A stretch of 63,436 bases of DNA, the filler included, from Octopus bimaculoides (Eukaryota), in NCBI RefSeq assembly GCF_001194135.2. It is 4 parts of 3 records of this genome, joined end to end, with 100 filler letters (N's around TTAATTAATTAA, not from the genome) between each part and the next. Parts side by side here need not be neighbours in the genome. Positions count along the whole stretch, not along the records: positions 1 to 31,465 come from NC_068987.1; 3 more parts are not named here. One strand, 5' to 3'. A program made the translations under genes and the position numbers. Of this stretch, positions 1 to 14,687 are shown piece by piece (the stretch's first letter is position 1; every line of letters starts with the position of its first letter). The notes beneath the pieces were generated by a model. The model saw only the letters and a list, made by a program, of their open reading frames with translations. It had not been told where the DNA came from and did no database searches.

Positions 1-31
<31 letters not shown>

Positions 32-170
32 TGTGAGTGTGTGTGTGCGTGTGGTTTTGCGTGTTTACATATGTGTGAGTGTTAGCGCATATGCATAAGT
101 ATATATGCATATATATGTGTATAAGTGTCTATAAGTGAATATTTGCATATGTGTGTGTATATCTGTATTT

Positions 171-329
171 GTAAGGAGTGGCTGTGTAGTAAGTAGCTAG
201 CTTACCAATCATATGGTTCCGGGTTCAGTCCCACTACATCGGGCTTTTGGCAAGCGTCTTCTACTATAACCGCGGGCCGACCAAACCCTGTGCGTAGATT
301 TGGTAGACGGAAACTGAAAGAAGCCCGTC

Positions 330-372
<43 letters not shown>

Positions 373-590
373 CGTCTGTGTCTGTGTCTGTGTGTGCGTG
401 TGTGAGTGTGTGTGTGTGTATGTTTGCGTGTTTGTGTTTGTCCCCACAACATCACTTGACAACCGATGTTGGTGTGTTTACGTCCCCGTAACTTAGCGGT
501 TTGCAAAAGAGCCCGATAGAATTAGTACTAGAATAAGTACTAGGCTTACAAAGAATAAACCCTTAGATCGATTTGCTTCACTAAAGACTC
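171..590 (+). mobile_element. SINE family B (tRNA-like head, CORE-like segment, internal (AT)n(GT)n, unique 3' half); 3' end truncated
   Basis: Head GGAGTGGCTGTGTAGTAAG...GGTTCCGGGTTCAGTCC, then GGCAAGCGTCTTCTACTATA, GGAAACTGAAAGAAGCCCGTCG, a microsatellite, and TTGACAACCGATG...TAAGTACTAGGCTTACAAAGAATAA. The same sequence recurs at 6238, 17914, 25998, 34257 and 41719. Confidence 0.9.
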
Positions 591-742
591 CTTGAAAAAT
601 CCCTTAATATATGATGCATCTGAGCATTCTGTAAATGCATTATGGCCAAATTGTTAATAAACCAATTTCGATATCACTTCTTCCAGGTTTGCTCCCAGCT
701 CCGATGTGTATTTTTTTACGATAGTTCTATGTTGAACATAGT

Positions 743-1130
743 AGAGTCGCAATGGCGCAGTGGTTAGGCAGTGGTTAGGCAGTGGATTCGTGGTCGTAGG
801 GTCGTGGTTTCGATTCCCAGACCGGGCGTTGTAAGTGTTTATTGAGCGAAAACACCTAAAACTCCACGTGGCTCCGGCAGGGGATGTTGACGAACCCTGC
901 TGTACTCTTTCGCCACAACTTTTTCTCACTCTTTTTTCCGGTTTCTGTTGTACCTGTATTTAAAGTGACCAGACTTGTCACACTCTGCATCACGCTGAAT
1001 CTCCCCGAGAACTATGTTATGGGTACACGTGTCTCTGTAGTGATCAGCCACATGTACGTTAATTTCACGAGCAGGCTGTTCCGTTGATCGGATCAACTGG
1101 AACCTTCGTCGTCGTAACCGACGGAGTGCC
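743..1130 (+). mobile_element. SINE, head A + tail 1
   Basis: tRNA-like A/B boxes (TGGCGCAGTGGTTAGG; GGTTTCGATTCCC) and tail ending GTAACCGACGGAGTGCC. Candidate 7-bp TSD ACATAGT at 736-742 and 1131-1137. Homologous copies at 2212, 24988 and 35901. Confidence 0.9.
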
Positions 1131-1558
1131 ACATAGTGTTGAACATTTCATCGAGAAAGGAACTGGATGGAAGGAAGCAGGATTAATGTCGAAATGTTTT
1201 ACATTCAGCACATTCATGTCTTATAAGTGTGTGGGGGTGGGGGTGGATGTGTGTTCGTGTGTGTGTGTGTGTGTGTGTACATACGTACATAGTTCTTTAG
1301 AGAGTTTGTGATCAGCTGTGTATGTGCATGCATATGATTGCCTTTGTCTGTGTAATTGTGTGTTTGTGTGTGTGTGTGTGTGCTTCCTGACTTATATCGG
1401 TAAATAGGATGAATGTAAAACAAAAAGGCAAAGGTATAATGCATTTCCCGTAAAATTAGAGTAAATCGTTTTTTTCTCATGTACAATTTTGTTTCGAATG
1501 GTGATAACGTACACTCAAAATTAGATGTCATTATCTATGCAATTGTGTGCCTGCATGC

Positions 1559-1664
<106 letters not shown>

Positions 1665-2211
1665 ACAGAGACAAAGAGAGCGAATGTGTGTGTTAGAGTA
1701 AGAGAGAGTAAAAATGTAAAATCTATATATCTCAAAATGTTGGTTCGTTAAGAATTTTTACCAATAAACAATAAGTTTCGATCAGCTTTTGTTTCAACAA
1801 TATTGATTCAACATTTTGAGGCATTTTCCCTTCGGTTAAGAAAAAAATGGAAATAGATTCTTGTAAGTTGTGAAAGAATTTTTAACAAGAAGTTTTAGGT
1901 TTGAAACTTTTGTGTGATAATTCCGTTTTGTGTGTGTTGTAATTCCTTACTGAATAATTTATACATCTGTATCTTGTTTGTTTAGTTCCCTATCGATCGA
2001 GAAAATTCACAACAATTATCCAAGGAATTCTAAACGTTAGAAATTCTTATACTTGTATAAATAGTTACGAAATTGTTCAGAGTTTTGACTTGTTTTGAAT
2101 TTAGACACTAGTGTACATGTAACATAAACATCAGCACTAGTGTATAATGGTTGAGATTTGGAACCATATACAATTTAAATATGATTGTCTCAAAATGTAT
2201 ACTTTATATAC

Positions 2212-2541
2212 GTGGAGGCGCAATGGCCAAGTGGTTAGGCCACGGACTCGGGGTTGTAGGATCGTGGTCTCGACTCCCAGACCAGGTGTTGCGAGTGTTT
2301 ATTGAGGGAAAACACCTAAAGCTCCACGAGGCTCCGGCAGGGGGTGGTGGTGGCGAACACTGCTGTACTCTTTCACCACAACTTTTTCTCTTTCATTCTT
2401 CCTGTTTCCGTTGTACCTGTATTTCGAAGGGGCCAGCCTTGTCACACTCTGTGTCCCCTAGAAATACGTTAAGAGTAGGCGTGTCTGTGGAGTGCTCAGT
2501 CACTTGCATGTTTATTTCACGAGCTGTTCCGACGGAGTGCC
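2212..2541 (+). mobile_element. SINE, head A + tail 1, with 11-bp TSD
   Basis: Homologous to 743-1130. Flanked by direct repeat ACTTTATATAC at 2201-2211 and 2542-2552. Confidence 0.92.
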
Positions 2542-2565
2542 ACTTTATATACAAGTGTTCTATTT

Positions 2566-2675
2566 CAGTGCTCCACATCCGGTATGCTGCAGCACGCTGC
2601 CGCAGTGTAACCTGGATATAATTTCCCCCCTACACTTTTAGTTATATTCGTAGTTCAACTGTGTTGCCGAATTAT
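2566..2675 (+). mobile_element. Partial hAT-type MITE (left part, internally deleted)
   Basis: CAGTGCTCCACATCCGGTATGCTGCAGCACGCT...GTAACCTGGATATAATT matches the elements at 3181-3366 and 62386-62785. Confidence 0.75.
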
Positions 2676-3180
2676 ATATTATTTCCGGACAGTCCAGGCA
2701 CAGTTAGAAACTGCCCTGATTACTGGTATTTGTCGTACTATTTTGATTTCCTTTTTATTTTATGTAAAATTTTGGAAGAGTCTGTAGCAAGTGTTTTTGG
2801 TGTAGAATATTGAAGCTCATAAAATGTTTATAACGTATAACCATATCGTAATTTCCATCCCTATGAGAATTAAATAGTCGTGACTGAAAACATATAAACC
2901 GGCATTGGCACATCGTCAGCAACACGTTAAATTGTTTAATCATAGTATCATTGCATGAGATAATGATTTAATTGGGCAGGCTGGTATCCTTCAATCTCTT
3001 TCAATACTAAATGCGCCCTATTTTTTCAGTTAACCTCTCGTAGTATTTGCAGCTTATAAAACTATTGTCTGCAAATGCCCATGTTTGAGATTTGGATAGC
3101 CATATTGCTATAAAATCTACCATATACAATTTAAATATGATTTTATCACAATCTATATCTTATATACACGTGTTCTATTC

Positions 3181-3366
3181 CAGTGCTTCACAACCGGTAT
3201 GCCGCAGCACGCTGGTGTGTCAGAAGACGATGCTAGGTATGCCGCAGCGTAACCTGAATATAATTGTTTTTCCCTATACTCTTAGTTATCTTTCTAGTTC
3301 AGGGGTGCCGCCGTATTTTAAAAGAATATAAGTGTAACGCAAGTGAAAAAAGGTCGCGGAACACTG
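3181..3366 (+). mobile_element. hAT-type MITE, 186 bp, with no internal insertion
   Basis: Termini CAGTGCTTC...GGAACACTG are imperfect inverted repeats. Collinear with the TSD-flanked copy at 62386-62785. Confidence 0.8.
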
Positions 3367-4639
3367 TTTTATAGTAACCAATGTACAGCTAGAAAAGAAG
3401 GCATTTTGATGCATATAATCCTTTTGCAATTATTATTAATGCCCATGAGATAGGAAATAAGGTGATTTACTTGAAAAAGAATTACCCACTGTGCCAATAT
3501 CATAGTAGAATATTTAGTGAATTGGTGAATTCTATGAATTCAGTAAATTCTTTTGATAACGAACACATGCTTTTAGCAGACAAGATGGATTGTATATTGT
3601 AGAATACAGAATACACAAATACAAATTTGATTTGCTGCTTCTCGTCTTCCGTTCAGTGTTAATGGGGTTCAATGATTCCCAGTAAGTGATGTGTTTAATA
3701 AACTGTGGTAATGATTTAAATAACATTGTGTAACTCCAACCAGCTTATGAAAAACACATACAGCAAAAGGACTTCACAGTTTCAATATTATATTATTTTT
3801 CTTGGAACTGTTTATACATGGAAATTATGTCTAATATTTTTTTTCTTTTTCTAAGACGGTGGAGAGGATCTTGGAGATCAAACGGTGAAAAAAAGCTAAT
3901 AATTTTGGCTCAGAGTTTTATATACGAAATCATCTGATCTAAACATAGTCCTCATATTTATTATCGGACTATAATTTAATGTTTTCCTAGTGATTTTTCA
4001 AATTAAAAACAGTTGGTTTTATTAATATCTCCTAATTTCTTATTTACTACTGATATATTCTTTAAAACACGTCCCTTCATAAATAACAGAGCAATATCGT
4101 CAAAGGTATATATTCTTTTTATCTTCCAGACTAGAGATGTCAAAGAATATTAAAATTCTGTTAAATATTCCCGATCGTCTGGGAAATTAATTATTCTTCA
4201 GAGAAATACATTTCAAATCTGTATTTAGAACATTTAGGTAAATAACTTCATACAACGTGGGTTGATGAATACAGCAATGTAACAAAGAGCTCATCATTTC
4301 TTTCTAGATGATGTCCTATATTTTCAGGGTTGAATTACCTTGCGCAACTCCACAAGTATGAGATTATGAAGTGAGATTCAAATGAAGTGCGGGGAACTCA
4401 GGCATCCAACCATAGAGGGAAGCCTAATGATTTATATTTCTCTGACAGCCTCTCTGTTTCTCTCGTACCCTATCCTTCTTCTTTCTCCCTTCTCTATATC
4501 TCTACGTTTTTATGTTTAGCATTCTCTTTAACATATTTCTATGGTTATGTTCATAACCGCACGCACATCATTTATATACACGCGCGCGCGCGCACACACA
4601 CACATGCACACACATGCACACACACACACACACACACAT

Positions 4640-4682
<43 letters not shown>

Positions 4683-4959
4683 AACGATTTGTGTGAGTTT
4701 ATGGACGTAACCATAGAAATATTATTCTAAAGAGAATTTTAGACATATATATGTAATTATACACACNNNNNNNNNNNNNNNNNNNNNNNNNNNNNNNNNN
4801 NNNNNNNNNNNNNNNNNNNNNNNNNNNNNNNNNNNNNNNNNNNNNNNNNNNNNNNNNNNNNNNNNNNNNNNNNNNNNNNNNNNNNNNNNNNNNNNNNNNN
4901 NNNNNNNNNNNNNNNNNNNNNNNNNNNNNNNNNNNNNNNNNNNNNNNNNNNNNNNNNNN

Positions 4960-4990
<31 letters not shown>

Positions 4991-5199
4991 CATACACGTA
5001 TACATATATGTATATTTATGTGGGTGGGTGGGTGGATGTGTAAGTAAGTGTGTGTGTATGTCTCGTGTGTTGTGTGTAATCACGTTTGAATATATGTCTG
5101 TAGAAATACACGCAAGTACACGCACACACACAACGTCACAGCTTCATCGATATATTTGACACTACTTGTGACTTTTTAGATTAATAAGTGGAGGAAAAC

Positions 5200-6035
5200 T
5201 GTAGTAATAATCTAAACACGCCCCAGGGCAGTCTCCGACTGTTCTTCGAATATATGTGAATGATAAAAGGTGTTGTGCTTTAAATACTTTCTCAGTATAT
5301 TTGACTCAAAAGGTAAATTGGACACAGAAATTGCATCTTGTATTCAAAAGGGCAGTAAAGTCTTTTGATTCTCTGAGGAGTTATGCGTGATTACAACGAC
5401 ATACTAAGCTCAGCACAAAATCTTCAGTATATTGTGCATGTTTACAATCATCTCTTGTTTTTGCGGCGGGTTCCCGGTCTATTTTAACCAATTGACATAC
5501 ACATACTTAGAACGCTTTCACCAAAAGTATCTGCGTCAAATTCTTGGGATTAACTTCAAAACGTTTACATCAGATTTGAAGGTTTTAAAAAGAGCAGAAA
5601 TCTCATCAATCCACATTGTACTGGTTTCCAGTCAGCTTAGGTGGAATACTTATTTAATACTGATAGGGGTTGAGGGCATTCCTAAGCAGACTTTTTAATT
5701 ATGAGCAATCAGCAAGGAAACGAGAACTGTGTGAACCGGAAAAAAATGTCTTAGTGAGTGGGATGCACTATACAAAGATTTTTAATCTATTATTTCCAAT
5801 CGAGATAGATGGTGAAAAAAGAAGTCTGGGGCAACAGATTTTAAAGAAAAGTAACAAAAATATGCAATCATGGAAAGAGAAGAGCATGAAAATAACACTT
5901 TGCTAAAGACAGAAATAGTATCATCATTCAATTGTTCAACATTGGCATGTTTCTAAGGCTGGCTTACCTTCACATCTCGGAGCACATCGCTATTCAGATG
6001 GCCAAGTACCACAAATATCATTCGACCGGATGCGC
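5200..6035 (+). mobile_element. Decayed RTE-clade LINE, 3' part of ORF (RT C-terminus to C2H2-like tail)
   Basis: Broken frames read FKYFLSIFDSKGKLDTEIASCIQKGSKVF, LERFHQKYLRQILGI...VLKRAEISSI...QLRW, GIPKQ and VSKAGLPSHLGAH. These match typical RTE motifs (FKYLGS..LD.EI..RI.KA; LE.FH.R.LR.IL.I; S.AGL.SH). Multiple stops and frameshifts. Confidence 0.85.
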
Positions 6036-6237
6036 TCATGTGCCATTTTTTTGAATAAGACTAATAAGACATGTACGTCCTGCACTATTACATAGAAAGG
6101 CGTTTAAATATCTATAAATCAGTTGACAGTTGACACTTGGCCACTTCAGATGAGTTGTATTCTCAGTTTGTAATGCAAATTTCAGACAGCTCAAATGAAG
6201 CATATGTGCCAATGTACGGAAAAAGCACGTATAGTTT

Positions 6238-6776
<539 letters not shown>

Positions 6777-9700
6777 GGATGGATGGATTTTTATACAATA
6801 TAATATAATGCAATGCAATATATTATATTATATGTATGATTTTAACTTGCTTTTCACTTTGTTTCATTAATATTCTCATTATATTCACAGTATTATCGCA
6901 AGTGGGTGTCTTAATTGTTTTAATTAGCGTTGCGGATCTATATACGTGACGTAATATATACAGAAATACCGCGCCTTAATGAATATTACTGTATATTCTA
7001 AACATATTGATAAAATTTGAGTGAATAGCTTTGCGCAGTGGAAAACTTGATTTTGTTATCTCACATCAAGCAATGAGAGAAACCTTACATTCCAATATGT
7101 TTCTGATTTGACAATGCCCGATTTTGATGTATTCGACTTGCAGCTAATGCCATAATGGATGTTGCCGAATTGTCTTTGACCTGACATGGCTCGTTCAATG
7201 GATGCTCTCAACAAATGTGTTTCACATTGTAACCAATAAAATGCCATCATTATGACGGTTGGCAGAGGATTTTAGCTGAGAAGTGCTGCAGTATCTAAGA
7301 TCAGGATGGATATAAGAAATGCACTCAGAATAATCTTTATAATTGGTGTACACTAGCTAAATTTCTGAGAAGAGTTTATATAATAGAAACATGCTGAATC
7401 TGCCAATATTTCTATGAATGTACCATTAAACATACATAGATACATACATACATACATACATACGCATATATATATACATACATACGCATATATACATAAA
7501 TACATACATACATACATACATACATAAATTCATACAAACATATACATGTATACAGATATACATGCAACTGTACACACATACATATACATATACACGCATG
7601 TACACAGATATCGGCATGTAGGTAATTATTATGGAATGAAGAGGACAAATGAAGTAAATGAAGTATAATGATAGAGATAACTTGATGACACGTGAGAAAA
7701 GCGGAGTGAAGTATAGAAAAAGAAGTATGATATAAATATTATTCTAGATGTATTTCCTCAACTATTCATCACTCTGATATCGATAATCTATCTATGATAA
7801 TTATCTTCACGTAGATCACGTCTATTATACGCTTTCACTAAAAGCATTTGCATTTTCGTAACACGGATAATTCGACCAAATTTTATATTCGATTTCAAAC
7901 TGGAATCTATTTCTTATTCTCCATTTTTCATTAATTCTCAATACATTGTCAAAATTGTTATTATTTCTATATAATTATATATTTTCAAATTTATATTGAA
8001 AACGTTGTTGATGCTACTATTGTTTATTTGCTTCAATAGAGTTAAGCATTATATGGAAGAGATTTTCATTTTAACTATCCATACTTTTATATTTAAGATT
8101 ACATTTTCGAAAATAACCTGCTTTTCTGAAGTCGATAGGGCTGGACTTAAAGGATGTATTTACTTCTATTTATGCATTTACTCCTATTTATTCGTGAGTA
8201 ACTATATAAAACGTTCTTGTAGATGTAAAGAATGGTTTCCTGTCATAGCGAAAGCATTACTTTAAATGTTGAAATTGAATGCAGCTTCATCACATATCCA
8301 TACTCTTACAGGTTCACTCAGTATTCTTCTGAAATCTTTCTTCCTGCTTTATAATGAAATATTCTCAACACACGAACAACCTGTACATTACATGTACATT
8401 TGGGCTTCACTATTCAATGCCACCTTTGTTTAAAAATGGAAAGTGCGATTTAGAAGAGATCTAAATACCATATATATATAAGAGGCCGAGCACTCATGTA
8501 GCAATTCCCTAGTCGCGGAGAGAATAGGCTGTCATTGTAAAAGTGTTAGCTGCAACATTGATGCTTTTTGCCGCTTCCACAAGCGTTATAGTCACCAGGG
8601 AAGAGATCGAGTCACATGCAATATCGAGAATATTAATATATGCAGTGATTGTATGTGTATGTCTGTGAGCATAAATCTCTGTGAATGTCGGTGAGAATCA
8701 AGTATCGAGAATGAATGATTAGTCGATAGCATATGAGGCATCATGTAGACATGAGCCAAATCCTGACCATTTACTTAAGTTACTGACTAGCTAGAAGTAA
8801 CAGTCTTATCTCCCTGAAATACGTCCCGGTAGCTTTTTAAAATAACATCCTGGACAACATAGAGTTAGTTATACAAGCGGGTCATCACTGAATCGGAGAT
8901 TTTAATATTATGCATATTAAATTTAACCGTCTGATTAACATTTTTTTTTTAATGTTTCCAGCATCTCTATGCTATAAAAACAGCAGAAATATAGTATAAA
9001 AATTAAACGTATAATTCTGGAACGGTCTATTATGATAATATATATATATATATATATATTATTATTATTATTATTNNNNNNNNNNNNNNNNNNNNNNNNN
9101 NNNNNNNNNNNNNNNNNNNNNNNNNNNNNNNNNNNNNNNNNNNNNNNNNNNNNNNNNNNNNNNNNNNNNNNNNNNNNNNNNNNNNNNNNNNNNNNNNNNN
9201 NNNNNNNNNNNNNNNNNNNNNNNNNNNNNNNNNNNNNNNNNNNNNNNNNNNNNNNNNNNNNNNNNNNNNNNNNNNNNNNNNNNNNNNNNNNNNNNNNNNN
9301 NNNNNNNNNNNNNNNNNNNNNNNNNNNNNNNNNNNNNNNNNNNNNNNNNNNNNNNNNNNNNNNNNNNNNNNNNNNNNNNNNNNNNNNNNNNNNNNNNNNN
9401 NNNNNNNNNNNNNNNNNNNNNNNNNNNNNNNNNNNNNNNNNNNNNNNNNNNNNNNNNNNNNNNNNNNNNNNNNNNNNNNNNNNNNNNNNNNNNNNNNNNN
9501 NNNNNNNNNNNNNNNNNNNNNNNNNNNNNNNNNNNNNNNNNNNNNNNNNNNNNNNNNNNNNNNNNNNNNNNNNNNNNNNNNNNNNNNNNNNNNNNNNNNN
9601 NNNNNNNNNNNNNNNNNNNNNNNNNNNNNNNNNNNNNNNNNNNNNNNNNNNNNNNNNNNNNNNNNNNNNNNNNNNNNNNNNNNNNNNNNNNNNNNNNNNN

Positions 9701-10133
9701 NNNNNNNNNNNNNNNNNNNNNNNNNNNNNNNNNNNNNNNNNNNNNNNNNNNNNNNNNNNNNNNNNNNNNNNNNNNNNNNNNNNNNNNNNNNNNNNNNNNN
9801 NNNNNNNNNNNNNNNNNNNNNNNNNNNNNNNNNNNNNNNNNNNNNNNNNNNNNNNNNNNNNNNNNNNNNNNNNNNNTATATATACATAGCGTGTGATCTT
9901 CGCATTGACCATGACAGAGAAAGTTGTCATGGCGATACATGCTCAAAGGCCTACACAAAGTTTCAGAAAGGGTATGTAGAGTACACATTTATTACTCTTA
10001 CACAATGTTGTTGAGAGAATAGGTACAACGAAGTTCGTGCAACTTAAGCCATAAATATCTGTGGGTGTGTGTTTGTGTCTGTGTGTGTTTGTGTGTGTAT
10101 GCGTATATGTATGCATAAATATGTGCGTATACG

Positions 10134-10195
<62 letters not shown>

Positions 10196-10264
10196 CGTGC
10201 GTGCATGTGTGTGACTGAGTGTGCGTGTGTGCGTGTGTGTACGTGTGGGTTGGTGGTTGTGACG

Positions 10265-10515
10265 GTGCATGGCTTAGTGGATAGGGTATTGCACTCTCAG
10301 TCGGTAGATAACGATTTCAATGCGTAGACCAGTGATGCGTTGTGTTCTTGAGCACAATACCTCTTCTCACGTTGCTGTGTGATCAGCCGTTCAGACAACA
10401 TCGATTTGATGGAGAGATTGAGCTAATGTGTGGCAGGAACATTTAATCACTATAAACAAATCATTTGTACAGATCATTCGGTAAGAGCTGAACGCTCATA
10501 CTTCGTCTTCAACGG
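10265..10515 (+). mobile_element. Diverged SINE, head D-like + tail 3
   Basis: GGCTTAGTGGATAGGGTATT...TTGTGTTCTTGAGCACAATAC..TTCTCACGTTGCT resembles the head at 36483. The downstream part has no match to other tails in the window. Confidence 0.6.
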
Positions 10516-10564
10516 GTGAGATCATCATATACATATATACATACATGTTTACATACATACATAC

Positions 10565-10618
<54 letters not shown>

Positions 10619-10855
10619 NNNNNNNNNNNNNNNNNNNNNNNNNNNNNNNNNNNNNNNNNNNNNNNNNNNNNNNNNNNNNNNNNNNNNNNNNNNNNNNNNN
10701 NNNNNNNNNNNNNNNNNNNNNNNNNNNNNNNNNNNNNNNNNNNNNNNNNNNNNNNNNNNNNNNNNNNNNNNNNNNNNNNNNNNNNNNNNNNNNNNNNNNN
10801 NNNNNNNNNNNNNNNNNNNNNNNNNNNNNNNNNTATATATATACATATATATGAG

Positions 10856-11172
10856 GTGACCACCTTCGGTCAGGAATGATCATGGGATTGCACCTAGAAA
10901 GTTACCCTCCGAGGCACAAGTCCGGGCAAGGTTGTTTGTGGAAGACCAGCAGTCGCCCATGCATACCAGCCTCCCCTCTCCACACCACTGATGTTATCCA
11001 AGGTAAAGGCAAAGGAGCCGATACAGCTTCGCCCCAGTGACGTTGCAACTCATTTCTATAGCTAAGTTAACGTGAAATAGAGTATCTTGCTGACGAACAC
11101 AACATGCATCCCAGTCCGGGAATCAAATTCACAACCTCACGATCGTAAGCTCGACGCTCTAACCACTGAGGC
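10856..11172 (-). mobile_element. SINE, head D + tail 4
   Basis: The minus strand reads CCTCAGTGGTTAGAGCGTCGAGCTTACGATCGTGAGGTTGTGAATTTGATTCCCGG...TTGTGTTCGTCAGCAAGATACTCTATTTCACGTT, then a distinct tail (GCAACGTCACTGG...GCAATCCCATGATCATTC). Confidence 0.75.
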
Positions 11173-12498
11173 CTATATATAATTATAATTACGGGCGCTG
11201 GAAAGCCAGCGCCTATACACTAGAAGATGTCAAATACCTACACGCCACTCTAAATTTGCTCCCTATTTATAACCGCAGGTCGAACGCGAGGTAATGAGCA
11301 CGAAGATTTACAAAATTTCGGATAATCCTATATCTTAAGATTTCATGCTCTGTAATAAAGATTACTTTGCAATCCTCAGTACTGATACACTGACAAATTT
11401 ATAAGTGAAAAATCCATATAATACTGATATACCTATTTATACAGATACCTACACATACATGCATTTCCTGCGTATGCATTCCCGCATATTTTCAGGATTT
11501 TGTCTTCGCATGTTATCGAATATTTGCGGGTCATGTCTATGTGAATGCCTATTTGTTAACTTAGTTACGAACCATTTCTCAAAGTTGCAAAGTGACAACA
11601 CGCTGAGAAACAACCTAGAAGATCCCACTATTTACACATGAAATCACTACCCAGCACTGCTTAGAGAAACGTATCTTGTAATCTTCAATCAAAATGTTTC
11701 CCATGCAAATCTCGCTATATGTATCTAAAAATTTTTTTTTATTTTTACATTTATCTATCGATCAGAATTTCGATCAGGGATTCTATTGAAAAGATGGGGG
11801 ATTAATTATAATCTCAGTACATCATGCACTTTTTGCTGACAATTACTTTCGTCGAAAATCCTTTTCAGATAATTACCAGTTGATATAAAGTATAATGCAT
11901 CTCTAGCTCTACCTAACGATCAATAAATTTCACATCTCTTTACGGCTCTCATTTTCCCAACATTTATATATAGACAAGTCTCTCTCTCTCTCTCTCTCTC
12001 TNNNNNNNNNNNNNNNNNNNNNNNNNNNNNNNNNNNNNNNNNNNNNNNNNNNNNNNNNNNNNNNNNNNNNNNNNNNNNNNNNNNNNNNNNNNNNNNNNNN
12101 NNNNNNNNNNNNNNNNNNNNNNNNNNNNNNNNNNNNNNNNNNNNNNNNNNNNNNNNNNNNNNNNNNNNNNNNNNNNNNNNNNNNNNNNNNNNNNNNNNNN
12201 NNNNNNNNNNNNNNNNNNNNNNNNNNNNNNNNNNNNNNNNNNNNNNNNNNNNNNNNNNNNNNNNNNNNNNNNNNNNNNNNNNNNNNNNNNNNNNNNNNNN
12301 NNNNNNNNNNNNNNNNNNNNNNNNNNNNNNNNNNNNNNNNNNNNNNNNNNNNNNNNNNNNNNNNNNNNNNNNNNNNNNNNNNNNNNNNNNNNNNNNNNNN
12401 NNNNNNNNNNNNNNNNNNNNNNNNNNNNNNNNNNNNNNNNNNNNNNNNNNNNNNNNNNNNNNNNNNNNNNNNNNNNNNNNNNNNNNNNNNNNNNNNNN

Positions 12499-12563
<65 letters not shown>

Positions 12564-13219
12564 AGGCAGATATAGAATAGAGACAGATAGAGAGACTGAG
12601 TGAGATAGAGAAAAATGACATGCGCATAAAGATATTCAAGCTTTTCTTCCTGTTTCTACATGAATATATCGACGTTTATATTTAAATCTCATGCAACTTG
12701 TCATTCTTGAATTGTCATATTCAATAACAAAATTGATTTTGACGAATTACACACATATCATCGATATTGAAAATTGAGAATCGTGATTATATGAACGATC
12801 ACTTTATAATAACAGGTAAAGCATATCTATCAATGTATATCGGAAATAATTTGCTGAAGAATTAGTACTCATAGAAATTTCGGTTACTTTTAATGCAATA
12901 TATTTTATTTCGTGGATTAAATTGGTTCGACTGCTTCTAAAAACCTACGTCTTTAGTACCACAGCAGTAACTATTTCACAATGAATATCTTCCTTACATG
13001 AACGAGAACTAAAGTGTGTTTACTAGAGATGATAGTCTGTGTGAATATTTTTATATTTATAGATCGATGATATTGATTATTGTACGATAGCATAAATGAT
13101 GGGATATGTGCAAGGTGTGCATAGCTTTATATCTATCTAACTATCTATGTATCCACATATGCATGCATATGGATACATGTATGGCGGTACATATATACAA
13201 ACACTCGCACACAACATAT

Positions 13220-13256
<37 letters not shown>

Positions 13257-13857
13257 NNNNNNNNNNNNNNNNNNNNNNNNNNNNNNNNNNNNNNNNNNNN
13301 NNNNNNNNNNNNNNNNNNNNNNNNNNNNNNNNNNNNNNNNNNNNNNNNNNNNNNNNNNNNNNNNNNNNNNNNNNNNNNNNNNNNNNNNNNNNNNNNNNNN
13401 NNNNNNNNNNNNNNNNNNNNNNNNNNNNNNNNNNNNNNNNNNNNNNNNNNNNNNNNNNNNNNNNNNNNNNNNNNNNNNNNNNNNNNNNNNNNNNNNNNNN
13501 NNNNNNNNNNNNNNNNNNNNNNNNNNNNNNNNNNNNNNNNNNNNNNNNNNNNNNNNNNNNNNNNNNNNNNNNNNNNNNNNNNNNNNNNNNNNNNNNNNNN
13601 NNNNNNNNNNNNNNNNNNNNNNNNNNNNNNNNNNNNNNNNNNNNNNNNNNNNNNNNNNNNNNNNNNNNNNNNNNNNNNNNNNNNNNNNNNNNNNNNNNNN
13701 NNNNNNNNNNNNNNNNNNNNNNNNNNNNNNNNNNNNNNNNNNNNNNNNNNNNNNNNNNNNNNNNNNNNNNNNNNNNNNNNNNNNNNNNNNNNNNNNNNNN
13801 NNNNNNNNNNNNNNNNNNNNNNNNNNNNNNNNNNNNNGCCAAAACTTGACTCTAATT

Positions 13858-13896
<39 letters not shown>

Positions 13897-14687
13897 AAAT
13901 GTAAAAATAAAAACAAAAACACAAAAATAAAAACAAAAACACAAAGGATTCTGCGGTACACGTGTTTCAAGCTTTATAGTTGTTACATCAGTGTATAATT
14001 GACAAAGAACGCAACACATCCAGGCAGTTAGTGGATACAAAAATATTACAATAAATCATCCTGACAGACGATAAAAAGAAAACAAGAACGGGTAATTCGG
14101 AGTTTCTATCCTCAGTCGAGTTCCAGATTATCTTTGCAACTTCGGCTAGTTATACTCGAGATTGCTCCAATCTGTCCAGCCGCAAGGAAAAACTAAGTTA
14201 AGAGCATTAGATTTCTTGGTAGAAAGCAGCAAATGCATACAAAAAAAACGGAGAATATTACACAAATGCAAATAACAGGACATAACAGCAGGTGTCTTTC
14301 GACTAGGACGAAATAAATTAAGCTGGCATGTGTGGAAGGAAAGCCTTACGGTAGGGGCATAAGATTAGGCAGGCACAGGGAGGAATATAGATGTTACACG
14401 GTTGGTAGTCGAACCAAGAAGGAAAGGCGAGGTTTAGCCGAACACCGGTCACGTGGGGAGAGAAGAAAGAGAGGTAGAGGCAGAGGGATAGAAGAATTAA
14501 GGAGGGGTGAGAAAAAATGAAAGGGGAACCGTGAAGTGAACGAGAAGGGAAAGTGAACATGAAGGGAAGGCCAGGAAATGAAGTTTGGATGAACGAAGTA
14601 AGTGTGAAAGGGCTGATTTGTTGTTATCCGAGTTCCCTGTAAAATTTCTTTTCATCTTCGTTAAATAATTTGTTTCATTATTGCTGG

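Noticed and set aside
630-650. TAAATGCATTAT, matching the start of miR-277
   Set aside because: The remaining mature sequence does not match and there is no ~60-nt precursor hairpin. No conserved miRNA was recognised elsewhere either.
7056-7320. Minus-strand ORF (MMAFYW...ETYWN) ending at an AAT|GTAAGG donor
   Set aside because: A plausible donor but no recognisable protein and an ambiguous acceptor. Too weak to list, though worth viewing if RNA-seq supports the minus-strand gene.
14070-14350. Segment that recalls a common octopus interspersed repeat, possibly Penelope-like
   Set aside because: Single copy in the window with no coding motif or TSD. It cannot be supported without a library search.
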